In this document: positions 19,849 through 29,249 of the stretch, piece by piece
Layout of the letters: each line of letters starts with the position of its first letter
Numbering within the stretch: the stretch's first letter is position 1
Source: Syntrophaceae bacterium
GTDB taxonomy: Bacteria > Desulfobacterota > BSN033 > UBA1163
DNA length: 64,000 bases
Reading direction: 5' to 3'
NCBI GenBank assembly: GCA_013388645.1
Contig: JACAEV010000100.1
Location: forward strand, 24,934-88,933
Notes under the pieces: generated by a model
Database searches by the model: none
What the model saw: the letters and a program-made list of their open reading frames with translations, nothing else
Told to the model about the DNA's origin: nothing
Position numbers and translations under genes: made by a program

Positions 19849-22409
19849 TTCGAAACAACTCCTTTCACGCCTCCAGAGATAAGAGATGCAATGTTGATGA
19901 GCACCCTAGGTAGCGCCAGTCCGCCAGGTGAAGCTAAATATTTTGGTTTCCACAAAGGATTAAATTTCTCCTTGTACTCACGCAATCCCTGGAAATTGTA
20001 GAAGTGCTCCCCATGGCGAAAAATAAATGCACCGATCCGGTTCCATAATGGGGCTAAGGCGTGATCCTCCATTCCGGAAAGAGGTGCCATCCCCAGATTG
20101 AACCATTGATATCCTTCTCTCTTTCCCCATAGCAACAGCTCAATAAAAAGGTAATCCATGACACCATGAGGGGCTTCCGGAAGGTACCGCATGAGGTCGA
20201 CGGAAAGCTCCTCTTTCTCCGTCCCCTGTAACAGATTGGCAAAGGCCAAGATTTTTTCCTGCTTTCGAACGACTCCTATTTGGGAATGCATCAAATAATC
20301 GGGTTTAAAAAAACCAATCGAGAATCTTTTCTCTTTCGTGTTTTTCTCTTTTAGCCATGTATCTGAAATACTTTTGAGTTCTGGAAGGTATTGAGGGATG
20401 ATAGAAGGGGAAATGATCTCGAATGAACAGGCCTCTTTTTCAATTTTGTGATGGGAGTGGCGGAGTTCCTTTCGATCTCTTTCAAGAGAAAAGTCTTGAA
20501 GAGGGATCAGCGCCTCTTCACCAAGCTTTAGGAGGTTGAGACCAAGATCGAGATAGAGGCTGAGATTTTCTTTTCCGACTTCGTAAAATATTGTCCATCC
20601 TATATAACGGTCACACATCTCACGGAACCGCCAAACCAACTCAATCCATTCCTCTTTCGGTCCGATAGGGTCCCCTAAGGCTACCCAACTTCGTCCCTCA
20701 ATGCCGTACATGATGAAGGCTTTTCCGTTGTCGCTAAACAGAAATTCTTTATCACCAAGTAATGCAAGATGGGCATAGGTTCTTAGAGATTTCTCTGCAA
20801 TATTGCGAGCCTTCTCCAAGTCGTTCGTGCCGGGAGGAGAGGGCTTAGGTGGGCCAGGATGAAGCAACCGGGCAAATGCAAAAAACAACGTCGCTCCTAT
20901 CACTCCAACAGTGGTGCGGAGAAAACGGGATGCATCTCCTAAAAGTGTGAATCCCCACCAAAGTTCGTCGGAGTACTCTACATGCTTGTAGGAGAAGAAG
21001 CCTATCCAGATTGAGCATAGTAAAACAAGAATGATCGCAATCATCCAACCGGGTGTGAAGCGTTGACTGAAAAGGGATGCCTTTCGATAGAAATGTTTTC
21101 GAGAAGAAAGAAGGACTCCAAGCATAATCAATAAAATAATGGCTTCCTCATAATCAAACCCTTTAAGAAGGGAGAAGATGATTCCAGCACTGAGAAGGAT
21201 CATCGTAAGAAGATAGGCAGCGTCGAGTCTCCGTTGAATACCTCTTGCTAAAAGAAGAAACCCCACACCAGCCAGGCTCCCAAGGAAATGGGAGACTTCT
21301 ATCACAGGTAAAGGAAGAAAATCTTTTAGCCATATTAAACGATCTCCCACCCCAGGTAACGCACCCGAAAAGAGCAGAATGACGCCAGCAATAAATGTGG
21401 TAATAGACAGCACATGGGGCACCATTGTGGGAACCCAATGGCCGAAGATCTTGAAAACCCGCTCAACCCGTTCCTTCTTCTCAAGAACCTCGTGCGCCCC
21501 AAGCATCACTGTTGCTACAGCTAAAGGCAGAAGGTAATATATTCCTCGATAAGCTAAGAGCGATCCAAAAACTGCTGAGGCAGGGAGGTAAGGAGTGAGA
21601 AGGAGAACGATAATTGTCTCAAATACCCCAAGTCCTCCCGGAACCTGACTCACCAGTCCCGCGAATTGGGCCATCATGTAGATACCAATAAATCCAATTA
21701 AAGACAGACCTTCACTTGAGGGGAGTAGAAAATATAAGATGCCTCCAGCGAGTCCCCAATCTATAGAAGCAACAGCAACCTGGACAAGAAATAGGTGAGC
21801 GGGCGGCATGGGAAATTTCCATCCTCCAAGTTCCAAAGACCTCTTCCTGGTGATGTTCCATAAAAAGTAACCTCCCACCAGAGAAAGAAAAATTACTCCC
21901 ATGCTGCGAAGAGAGGCAAAGGGAAGATGAAGGGCCGATGGAATAACCATTGGCTCAAATAGAAAAACGATACCCCCAAGGGTTAAAAACCCGAGCCAGA
22001 GTGTCAGGCTGCAAAAGAGAACCACTTTAGTGATCTCTTCTGCCGAAAGCCCCCAAGCCGAGTAGAGACGAAAGCGTACCGATCCCCCAGCGAGCATGGA
22101 AAGCCCAATGTTATTGCTGAAGGCATAGCCAATGAAGGATGCGGCGGCGATCTTGCGGTATGGAAGTTGATAACGTATATAACGTAAGGCTAATAGGTCA
22201 TACCCCGACATGATGAAATAATTCAGCACGGTCAGCCCTAAGGCGATGAGGAGATATGAAAGAGGGAGTTCCCGCAAGTGGCGAAGGATGTCATGATAAT
22301 GATAGCCTTTCAGCGCACGATACAATACCCAGAGGGCGATAGAGAAAAGGACAAGGCCAACCAAAGGACCTATGGCATGTAGAAATTTTTTCTTCATTTT
22401 GAATAGCAA
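19845..22409 (-). CDS. mprF: Bifunctional lysyl-phosphatidylglycerol synthase/flippase MprF
   Basis: 854 aa. Polytopic N-terminal flippase domain plus a C-terminal DUF2156-type aminoacyl-PG synthase domain (LGDKEFLFSDNGKAFIMYGIEGRSWVALGDPIGP). Confidence 0.8.
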   Translation of the reverse strand: MLFKMKKKFLHAIGPLVGLVLFSIALWVLYRALKGYHYHDILRHLRELPLSYLLIALGLTVLNYFIMSGYDLLALRYIRYQLPYRKIAAASFIGYAFSNNIGLSMLAGGSVRFRLYSAWGLSAEEITKVVLFCSLTLWLGFLTLGGIVFLFEPMVIPSALHLPFASLRSMGVIFLSLVGGYFLWNITRKRSLELGGWKFPMPPAHLFLVQVAVASIDWGLAGGILYFLLPSSEGLSLIGFIGIYMMAQFAGLVSQVPGGLGVFETIIVLLLTPYLPASAVFGSLLAYRGIYYLLPLAVATVMLGAHEVLEKKERVERVFKIFGHWVPTMVPHVLSITTFIAGVILLFSGALPGVGDRLIWLKDFLPLPVIEVSHFLGSLAGVGFLLLARGIQRRLDAAYLLTMILLSAGIIFSLLKGFDYEEAIILLIMLGVLLSSRKHFYRKASLFSQRFTPGWMIAIILVLLCSIWIGFFSYKHVEYSDELWWGFTLLGDASRFLRTTVGVIGATLFFAFARLLHPGPPKPSPPGTNDLEKARNIAEKSLRTYAHLALLGDKEFLFSDNGKAFIMYGIEGRSWVALGDPIGPKEEWIELVWRFREMCDRYIGWTIFYEVGKENLSLYLDLGLNLLKLGEEALIPLQDFSLERDRKELRHSHHKIEKEACSFEIISPSIIPQYLPELKSISDTWLKEKNTKEKRFSIGFFKPDYLMHSQIGVVRKQEKILAFANLLQGTEKEELSVDLMRYLPEAPHGVMDYLFIELLLWGKREGYQWFNLGMAPLSGMEDHALAPLWNRIGAFIFRHGEHFYNFQGLREYKEKFNPLWKPKYLASPGGLALPRVLINIASLISGGVKGVVSK

Positions 22410-22450
22410 AGATAATAGACCCTCTAATGTTTTGGACTTTCAAACTTCCT

Positions 22451-23737
22451 TTACTCCGGAAGGATACCCTTTTTGATATAGATGGGACGAACCATTTCTC
22501 TTAGCGAAGGAAGTCTCCTGACAAATAAAATCGAACCTAAAATACAAACTATCCCGCCGATCATGACAGTTCCTGAAGCACCTACCTTGCTCGCCATACT
22601 CCCGGCTAACAAACTTCCAAAGGGTACCATTCCCATGAACGCCATTGTATAAAAACTCATTACCCTACCCCTTTTGTCTTCTTCGACTATGGTCTGTATA
22701 ATTGTATTGCTCGATGCCATTTGCACCATCATTCCAAAACCGACTAAGACCATTAAGATCAAAGAAATTGGAAAAATACGGGAAAGAGCGAAGGTGATGA
22801 GTCCGATCCCAAAGATATTCAGAGCGATAACGATGAGCCTCCCCAACCCCAAAACATTCTTTCTCGAAGCAAGATAAATAGCTCCTACCAGCGCCCCGAT
22901 TCCTGAAGCACCCATGAGAAAGCCAAGGGTATGGGATCCACCCTGTAGGATATTTTTTGCAAAAATTGGCATGAGCACTGTATACGGCATCGCTGCTATA
23001 CTGACCAACCCCAAGAGGAAAAGCAGGGTCCGAATAGGTGCAAATCCAAAGGTGTAAGTGAACCCTTCCCTCAATCCACTGATGACATGCGAATCTTGGG
23101 GTTGTATAGCCCGTGGCTTAACTTTCATCGCCAAAAGGGCGATGATCACGGCAAAAAAACTGATGCCGTTCAAAAGAAAACAAATCCCTTCACTCACCAG
23201 GGAGATGAGCATCCCTCCAATGGAAGGTCCCAGTAATCTCGCTCCATTGAAGAGGAGGGAGTTCAAAGCAATGGCATTTCCCAAATCCTCACTATTTTCT
23301 ATCATCTCTACGACGAATGCCTGACGGGTCGGCATATCAAAGGCGTTCACGAGGCCAAGGAATAACGACAGGAGGATGATATGCCAGATCGCTATCTTCC
23401 CTGTCAAATCAAGAGCAGAGAGAAGAAAAGCCTGCATCATGGCCAGGGATTGAGTTAAAATGAGAATCCGATGGCGGTTCCATCTATCGATCAAAACACC
23501 CGCAAAAGGAGTTAACAGAAAGGAAGGAATTTGACCTGTAAATCCCACCACACCTAATAAGAATGCTGAATTCGTCATGCGGTAAACCAACCAACTCATT
23601 GCAAGTTGCTGGATCCATGTGCCGATGAGGGAAACGCCTTGACCACCGAAAAAGAGTCGATAATTTCGATGACTCACTGAGCGAAAGATCAGTTTCAGAC
23701 CATTTGGGTCTTTAGGATGGGGTTTATTAATTTCCAT
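22451..23737 (-). CDS. MFS transporter
   Basis: 428 aa with a 12-TM pattern. Motif-A-like GFTGQIPSFLLTPFAGVLIDRWNRHR. Confidence 0.8.
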   Translation of the reverse strand: MEINKPHPKDPNGLKLIFRSVSHRNYRLFFGGQGVSLIGTWIQQLAMSWLVYRMTNSAFLLGVVGFTGQIPSFLLTPFAGVLIDRWNRHRILILTQSLAMMQAFLLSALDLTGKIAIWHIILLSLFLGLVNAFDMPTRQAFVVEMIENSEDLGNAIALNSLLFNGARLLGPSIGGMLISLVSEGICFLLNGISFFAVIIALLAMKVKPRAIQPQDSHVISGLREGFTYTFGFAPIRTLLFLLGLVSIAAMPYTVLMPIFAKNILQGGSHTLGFLMGASGIGALVGAIYLASRKNVLGLGRLIVIALNIFGIGLITFALSRIFPISLILMVLVGFGMMVQMASSNTIIQTIVEEDKRGRVMSFYTMAFMGMVPFGSLLAGSMASKVGASGTVMIGGIVCILGSILFVRRLPSLREMVRPIYIKKGILPE

Positions 23738-23899
23738 TCTTCTTGTTACTCATTCTTATCCATAAAAAACGCTGAGCAGATCGTTGGCATAATCCGGGTC
23801 CAGGTCTTTGAGAATCTTGCACTCATTCAAGGCAGAATCACGATCACCCACTTCTAAATAAGCCAAACCGAGAAAGTAATGTGCAAGAACAAATTCGGG

Positions 23900-24772
23900 T
23901 CAGATATGAATCGCCTCTTCGTAGGCTTTTACTGCTTTCTTGTAACGTCCGAGTTGCGCATGACAATATCCGATCTGAAAATATGCCTGCGCATAGCGAG
24001 GATTTTTCTTAACCGCCTCCTCAAAGTAGAAAAGGGCTTTCTTGTATTCTTCTTTCCAAAGGAAAGGGAATCCTTTCGCATAAAGAGCTTCTGCAACCTC
24101 TTCCCTCCTTCCTCCCCATTCGGTTAAAGTTTTTCCTTTAGTTGGTTTGAATCTCGCGATTCTCTCACTTGTAAGGATAAAGTGAAAGGGGTGCCCTTCA
24201 ATGGTTCGAGAAATAATAACTCCAATGACCTGACCGTTCATACTGATTACCGGATTGCCAGCACAGACAGAAGAGAGAGACGTAGAGATTTGAATCCCTT
24301 TCCCAAAATCCGGAATCTCCCAAAGGCCGGATATAACACCCCCCTTACCAGGCTTCTCAGGTTTTGAAGTGTCAATTACCATGACTCTCTCACCGAGTTG
24401 AAGAAGAACAGTACTTATGGCAAGAGGGTGAACAGTTCCTGGGGGAATCTCAACAGAAAGTCGAATAAGGTCAGCTTCTTTATCTTCCGTGACAACCCTG
24501 GTCACTGGATAAAGCATTCCATCGGAAGCTTTTATTTCTGCACGGGACGCCCCCTCCAATAGATGTCGATTCGTGATGACATCTCCCTCTCTACTGATAA
24601 AAAACCCCTTTCCTTCACTCAGTAACCTTCCTTCCTGATCGTAAGTCAGAATAGCAATGAAAGATGGTGAAACTTTTTTGATAAGGGTCGATATTTCTTC
24701 TCCGGTTGAGGGAACAGAAATCATCACTGAGAAGAAAAAACCCCATAGGATTAGAAACCAGCGGGTCATCAT
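23900..24772 (-). CDS. Secreted trypsin-fold / TPR protein, paralogue A
   Basis: Signal peptide, trypsin-like His/Asp contexts (TNRHLL, DLIRL) and C-terminal TPRs. The GDSGG serine box is replaced by AGNPV. A conserved in-frame sequence of 47 codons continues beyond the TGA at 23900..23902, reaching 23756 (see findings). Confidence 0.7.
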   Translation of the reverse strand: MMTRWFLILWGFFFSVMISVPSTGEEISTLIKKVSPSFIAILTYDQEGRLLSEGKGFFISREGDVITNRHLLEGASRAEIKASDGMLYPVTRVVTEDKEADLIRLSVEIPPGTVHPLAISTVLLQLGERVMVIDTSKPEKPGKGGVISGLWEIPDFGKGIQISTSLSSVCAGNPVISMNGQVIGVIISRTIEGHPFHFILTSERIARFKPTKGKTLTEWGGRREEVAEALYAKGFPFLWKEEYKKALFYFEEAVKKNPRYAQAYFQIGYCHAQLGRYKKAVKAYEEAIHI

Positions 24773-24883
24773 ATCAATCTCTTCTATGATTGGATAATTT
24801 TACGATTCCATCTGATCTAAGTTAATGTCAAAGGTGTTTAAAAAACTCTTAGCTTTTCTGCCGTCTTGAAAATTTCTGGAATG

Positions 24884-25174
24884 TCAGTACAACACCTCCA
24901 ATGTCATGATATTGCATTTTTCATTATCGATCATGATCTCATCCGAATCACAGATGTAGCTTTTAATAAGGCGAATATTTGATGATGGACCAATGCTACA
25001 ACCAGGGATTTCCAGGCGTGCGATGGGCCTCATCTGCTTATAAAAGACAACCGTATGCTCATCTTCCAAAACCCAACTGGTAAATTCTCCAAGATCGAGA
25101 CAATCTGCTGAGACCAAAGCCGGGAAGAGCAACCAAACCAAAACACTCACAAGGATCAGTATTCTCATTTTCAT
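24884..25174 (-). CDS. Small secreted cysteine-containing protein (96 aa from ATG 25174)
   Basis: AAGGAGAG RBS, signal peptide MKMRILILVSVLVWLLFPALVSA, four Cys in the mature part. Sits between the two trypsin/TPR paralogues. Confidence 0.5.
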   Translation of the reverse strand: MKMRILILVSVLVWLLFPALVSADCLDLGEFTSWVLEDEHTVVFYKQMRPIARLEIPGCSIGPSSNIRLIKSYICDSDEIMIDNEKCNIMTLEVLY

Positions 25175-25224
25175 TTTCTCTCCTTCCTCTACGTTACATC
25201 CCCTTCTTAACCGCTGTAACTTTC

Positions 25225-26244
25225 TCACTGAATCATACGGAGGAGGTCGCTGGCATAATCCCGATCGAGATCTCTAAGAATCTTATATTCCTCCATCGCA
25301 TGATTCTTATCCCTCACCTCTAAATAGAGCAGACCTAGAAAGAAGTGTGAAAGGACAAAATCAGGTTTGATACGAACGGATTGTTTGTAAGCTTCATATG
25401 CCTCTACATATTGCTTGAGTTGAGCATGACAATATCCAATCTGGAAATATGCCTCCGCATAGCGAGGGTTTTTCTTAGCTGCCTTCTCGAAGTATAGAAG
25501 GGCTTTCTGATAGTCTTCTTTCCAAAGGAAAGGAAGCCCCTCCGCATAAGCGATGTCTGCTGTTTCCTCCCTCATTCCTTCCCATTCAGCGAGCGTAATC
25601 CCTTTGCCTGGCTTCAGTCTAATGACTCTCTTACCTGGAAGGATAAAGTGAAAGGAATGCCCCTCGATGGTTCGAGAAATAACTACCCCAACGACTTGGC
25701 CATTCATACTGATCACAGGATCGCCAGCAGTGACGGGAAAGGGAGCCTTAGAGATTTGGATCCCTTTCCCAAAAGTAGGGGTCTCCCAAAGACCAGACAC
25801 CACGCCCCCTAAAGCAGATCTCTCAGGTTTTGAAGTGTCAATCATTATGACTCTCTCGCCGAGTTGAGGAAGAACAGCACTCATGGCGAGAGGGTGAACA
25901 GCCTTTGGAGGGACCTCCACAGAAAGTCGAATAAGATCAGCTTCTTTATCTTCCGCGACCACCCTGGTCACTGGATAAAGCATTTGATCGACAGTTTTTA
26001 TTTCCGCCCGCGACGCTCCCTCCAATAGATGTCGATTCGTGACGACATCCCCTTCCTTACTGACAAAAAAGCCTCTTCCGTGACTCAGAGTGCTCCCTTC
26101 TTTATCGTAAGTTAAGACATCAAGAATGCATGGCCCAATCTTTTTAACCATTGACGACAAATTTTCTTCCGACAGCGAAGACGAAACAGCCATCATGCAG
26201 GAAAGAAAAACAACCCATTCTAAAAACAATCTTCTAACCCTCAT
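25225..26244 (-). CDS. Secreted trypsin-fold / TPR protein, paralogue B (full length)
   Basis: About 70-80% identical to paralogue A across the protease-like core and TPR tail (…PRYAEAYFQIGYCHAQL…). Serine box is AGDPV, not GDSGG. Confidence 0.75.
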   Translation of the reverse strand: MRVRRLFLEWVVFLSCMMAVSSSLSEENLSSMVKKIGPCILDVLTYDKEGSTLSHGRGFFVSKEGDVVTNRHLLEGASRAEIKTVDQMLYPVTRVVAEDKEADLIRLSVEVPPKAVHPLAMSAVLPQLGERVIMIDTSKPERSALGGVVSGLWETPTFGKGIQISKAPFPVTAGDPVISMNGQVVGVVISRTIEGHSFHFILPGKRVIRLKPGKGITLAEWEGMREETADIAYAEGLPFLWKEDYQKALLYFEKAAKKNPRYAEAYFQIGYCHAQLKQYVEAYEAYKQSVRIKPDFVLSHFFLGLLYLEVRDKNHAMEEYKILRDLDRDYASDLLRMIQ

Positions 26245-26747
26245 TGCTTCATCCCTTTTATTAATTCAATTTGCCCCCGAATCTCTCCATCCGGATGTTT
26301 CTTCGTGCATACGTTGACATGAGTTTCTCCTGCCTTCATCATTTGTAACAGGCAATCGGGGGATTCTCCTTTCAGTGATCCCACCAACTGATATGCTGCA
26401 ATCGTGCCTTCAGCATAAAGTGTGCCGCTGATATCCCTTTTCTTAGGCTCAGTGAAAAGAGTTACTATGGGTTCACCTTTTGCACCTCTCCTCCCGGCAT
26501 GAATATGTGCAGACGTAACCTCCCCGATGTCTGTTAATGTCAGCCGATAAATCAACTCCTCCTCTCCTTTGTTAAGTCTAAGAGTAATTTCACCTTTGGC
26601 TTTCGTCTCAACAGGCGGGACTTCTTCATTTCCAAGGAGTTTTGCTTGGAAGATGGAACCTCCTCCCTGCTGATCGGTTGCCATTCCAAGAGAAACGAAA
26701 ATCACCATTGTCAAAATGGTGAAAAAGTGGATCCTTGCCTTTGCCAT
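26241..26747 (-). CDS. CHRD-domain secreted protein
   Basis: Signal peptide MAKARIHFFTILTMVIFVSLGMA from the internal ATG at 26747. SAHIHAG...GEPIV CHRD signature. The track ORF extends to 26879. Confidence 0.65.
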   Translation of the reverse strand: MAKARIHFFTILTMVIFVSLGMATDQQGGGSIFQAKLLGNEEVPPVETKAKGEITLRLNKGEEELIYRLTLTDIGEVTSAHIHAGRRGAKGEPIVTLFTEPKKRDISGTLYAEGTIAAYQLVGSLKGESPDCLLQMMKAGETHVNVCTKKHPDGEIRGQIELIKGMKQ

Positions 26748-26851
26748 GGAACACCTATTGGCTGATATTACTAATTTCGCGAGGTTTCCTTGAGTGAATG
26801 GAAAAGGTAGTTTCGGTGGACACAAAACCGATCCCTCCTCTAAAAGTCTCC

Positions 26852-27400
26852 TTACCGCTGAATATAAGCATACCTCCACTCACTCTGATAAGCATAATCC
26901 CCCCATGGATATTCAGGGAAATAATAATCTTTATAAGGAGGCGGATAATGATACCAGTATATTCTCCACAGATATATCTCCTCACTAAGGAGAAGGGGAT
27001 AAGAATACTCTAACTCTCCCAGGGGTCTTTTCTTCACCCCTATGATTTTCCCCGCCACCGTTATCTCCCTTCCTTTTCGGTAGAAATGGGGATCCAAGAA
27101 TTTTTCAACGAGAGCTAAGAATCTTCCCCCAGATTCATTTGTCTCTTTCGGTTCTTTCAACCAATTCAAAGGCTTTTGTAAGACCTCAATAAGAGTAGTA
27201 TTATCCTTCTGGGTTAAGGTCTCAATGATCTCTCCACCCCAAATAACTGTCTTTCCTTCGTATGCTTCCGGATTTTTGAGGATTTCCTCAAAAGCAGGGC
27301 TTCGATCTGCAAGATCTCTCAAATTCTTTGAGATGGGTGAGCAGCTAATAAAAAAAACAAAGAGAAACAATAGAAATATTAACCAGTTCGTCCTTTTCAT
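26852..27400 (-). CDS. Slp-family outer-membrane lipoprotein
   Basis: Lipobox FFISCS. YEGKTVIWGGEIIETL is the core of the Slp/YeaY family. Confidence 0.7.
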   Translation of the reverse strand: MKRTNWLIFLLFLFVFFISCSPISKNLRDLADRSPAFEEILKNPEAYEGKTVIWGGEIIETLTQKDNTTLIEVLQKPLNWLKEPKETNESGGRFLALVEKFLDPHFYRKGREITVAGKIIGVKKRPLGELEYSYPLLLSEEIYLWRIYWYHYPPPYKDYYFPEYPWGDYAYQSEWRYAYIQR

Positions 27401-27445
27401 CTTTTAAGTCTCCTCTTATGATCTCCCCTGCCTTTTAGGTTTAGC

Positions 27446-28138
27446 CTATCCAAGCACACGGCCAGGCTGTGATTTGAGAGCCGGTCCTTTAAATCTTGGT
27501 ATCGGGAGATATTCCACAGAAGGCTGGTGCCTTACAGGCTGAGGGTAAAGGCTCATCAGCTGATATAGTTCAGCAGGAATACCTTTTGTCACATGAAGGC
27601 CGAGTTTCATTGCTTCTTCATACGTTATTGGATAATCATGAGCCCATCTGCCCTCAGTAAGAATTCGTGCCAGCTCTTCTGCCTTTTCCGACGGATATTT
27701 CCCTTCTAAGAGGGACCTCGCCTGAGATCTGATCTGCTCAATTGCCTTTCGGCCCACATCCGCAAGGAGCCATGATTTGTCATCAATATCTGATATGGGC
27801 TTGCTCTCAGCTAACTTCACAAGGGAGACTGCAGGATACTCACCCAGTTGTGGATCTACCGGTCCAAGAACCGCATGTTCTTCCATCATAATCTCATCGG
27901 CAGCGAGAGCAATCAATGTCCCTCCTGACATGGCATAGTGGGGAACAAAAGCGGTCACTTTCCCACGGTGCAATTTTATAGCATGGGCAATTTGGTATGA
28001 TGCAAGGACCAGACCACCAGGGGTGTGCAGCACAAGGTCAAGGGGCATATCCGGGTCTGTCATGTGAATAGCCCTGATCACTTCTTCCGAGTCATCAATA
28101 TCAATGTATCGAAGGATGGGAAAACCTAATAGGCTCAT
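27446..28138 (-). CDS. Clp-fold serine peptidase, SDH (serine dehydrogenase proteinase) / NfeD-N-like family
   Basis: LHTPGGLVLASYQIAHAIKLHRGKVTAFVPHYAMSGGTLIALAADEIMM matches the ClpP/crotonase-fold catalytic region. Confidence 0.7.
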   Translation of the reverse strand: MSLLGFPILRYIDIDDSEEVIRAIHMTDPDMPLDLVLHTPGGLVLASYQIAHAIKLHRGKVTAFVPHYAMSGGTLIALAADEIMMEEHAVLGPVDPQLGEYPAVSLVKLAESKPISDIDDKSWLLADVGRKAIEQIRSQARSLLEGKYPSEKAEELARILTEGRWAHDYPITYEEAMKLGLHVTKGIPAELYQLMSLYPQPVRHQPSVEYLPIPRFKGPALKSQPGRVLG

Positions 28139-28302
28139 GGTCTCCTGTCTGTGTATGAGAACAATGACTCTTGAACCCCTTTTTTCTCAAACGTAGAGAT
28201 GACTCTCTGTCTTATCCCCACCAGGAGTCGCTTTTTTAAAAGAGGCTGCAGTGCAACAATGATAAAAAACAACCAGAATATCGTGGAGATGTCGAATTTC
28301 AT
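28138..28302 (-). CDS. Small single-TM protein (54 aa), translationally coupled to the SDH peptidase
   Basis: AAAGGAGTG RBS 5 nt before the ATG at 28302. MKFDISTIFWLFFIIVALQPLLKKRLLVGIRQRV... Its TGA stop overlaps the next ATG (cATGAgc). Below the track length cutoff. Confidence 0.45.
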
Positions 28303-28315
28303 TTTTCACTCCTTT

Positions 28316-29041
28316 CTAACGGTAAATGTGGTGATAGGTTTCATCCGGAAAGGGCTCCCGGTATGAATGTCTCCTGTTTCTGAACACCGGGACAAAGGCC
28401 ATTCCAGCAAGAAACCCTCCTACATGTGCCCACCATGCCACTCCTCCTGTTCCGGGGGAAGTGAAAGAGAGGGTTCCAGAAAACAACTGAATGAGAAACC
28501 AAAAGCCGAGATAAAAAAGGGCCGGTAGGTAGAAAAAAAAAGGGAAAAGGAAAATTGGAATCAAGGTGAGAATTCTGGCCCGAGGAAACATCACGATATA
28601 AGCACCCATCACCCCTGCGATGGCACCCGAGGCACCAAATTCAGGAATCATGGAATGGATATCAAGGGTGAAGAAAAGGATATTGGCCGCCAACCCCGTA
28701 AGGAGATATAAAATCAGAAATCGAATGTGGCCCATCCGATCTTCTACACTACTTCCAAAAAGGTAAAGAAACCACATATTGCCTATGATGTGGAGCCAGC
28801 CAGCATGAAGAAACATGTTGCTCAGAAAGGGGAAATAATCCTTCGGAGAAAGTCCGTGAATCAATGCCCATTTTGGAGAGGAATACCTTGCGGGGACAAG
28901 GCCAAAAAAATAGAAGACTTCTTCCAAGATGTCTTTAGGAATGGAGATCTCAAAGATGAAGATGATAGCATTTAAGAGGACCAGAATCCATGTGATCAAT
29001 GGAATTCCTATACGCGGAATGGTATCTTTGAGTGGTATCAT
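28316..29041 (-). CDS. Rhomboid-family intramembrane serine protease
   Basis: GASGAIAGVMGAY (GxSG catalytic Ser) and AHVGGFLAGMAF (catalytic His helix). Confidence 0.85.
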   Translation of the reverse strand: MIPLKDTIPRIGIPLITWILVLLNAIIFIFEISIPKDILEEVFYFFGLVPARYSSPKWALIHGLSPKDYFPFLSNMFLHAGWLHIIGNMWFLYLFGSSVEDRMGHIRFLILYLLTGLAANILFFTLDIHSMIPEFGASGAIAGVMGAYIVMFPRARILTLIPIFLFPFFFYLPALFYLGFWFLIQLFSGTLSFTSPGTGGVAWWAHVGGFLAGMAFVPVFRNRRHSYREPFPDETYHHIYR

Positions 29042-29249
29042 GTTATGTCATTCTCCAGTCGACCTGCTATGCCGCTAAAATGCGTTATGAATGTCCAGTA
29101 CAAAAAGACAGGGTGTCAATCCAAGGACCGCGCCTGGGAATATTTCAGGAAAGATCTTCATCCATTCGGTTCTTGTCAATTCAGTTACTCCCTTCTACAC
29201 CCATTTTAAGACATCGGAAGGAGTTTGGATGTTCTCAACTGTTTAGCCT

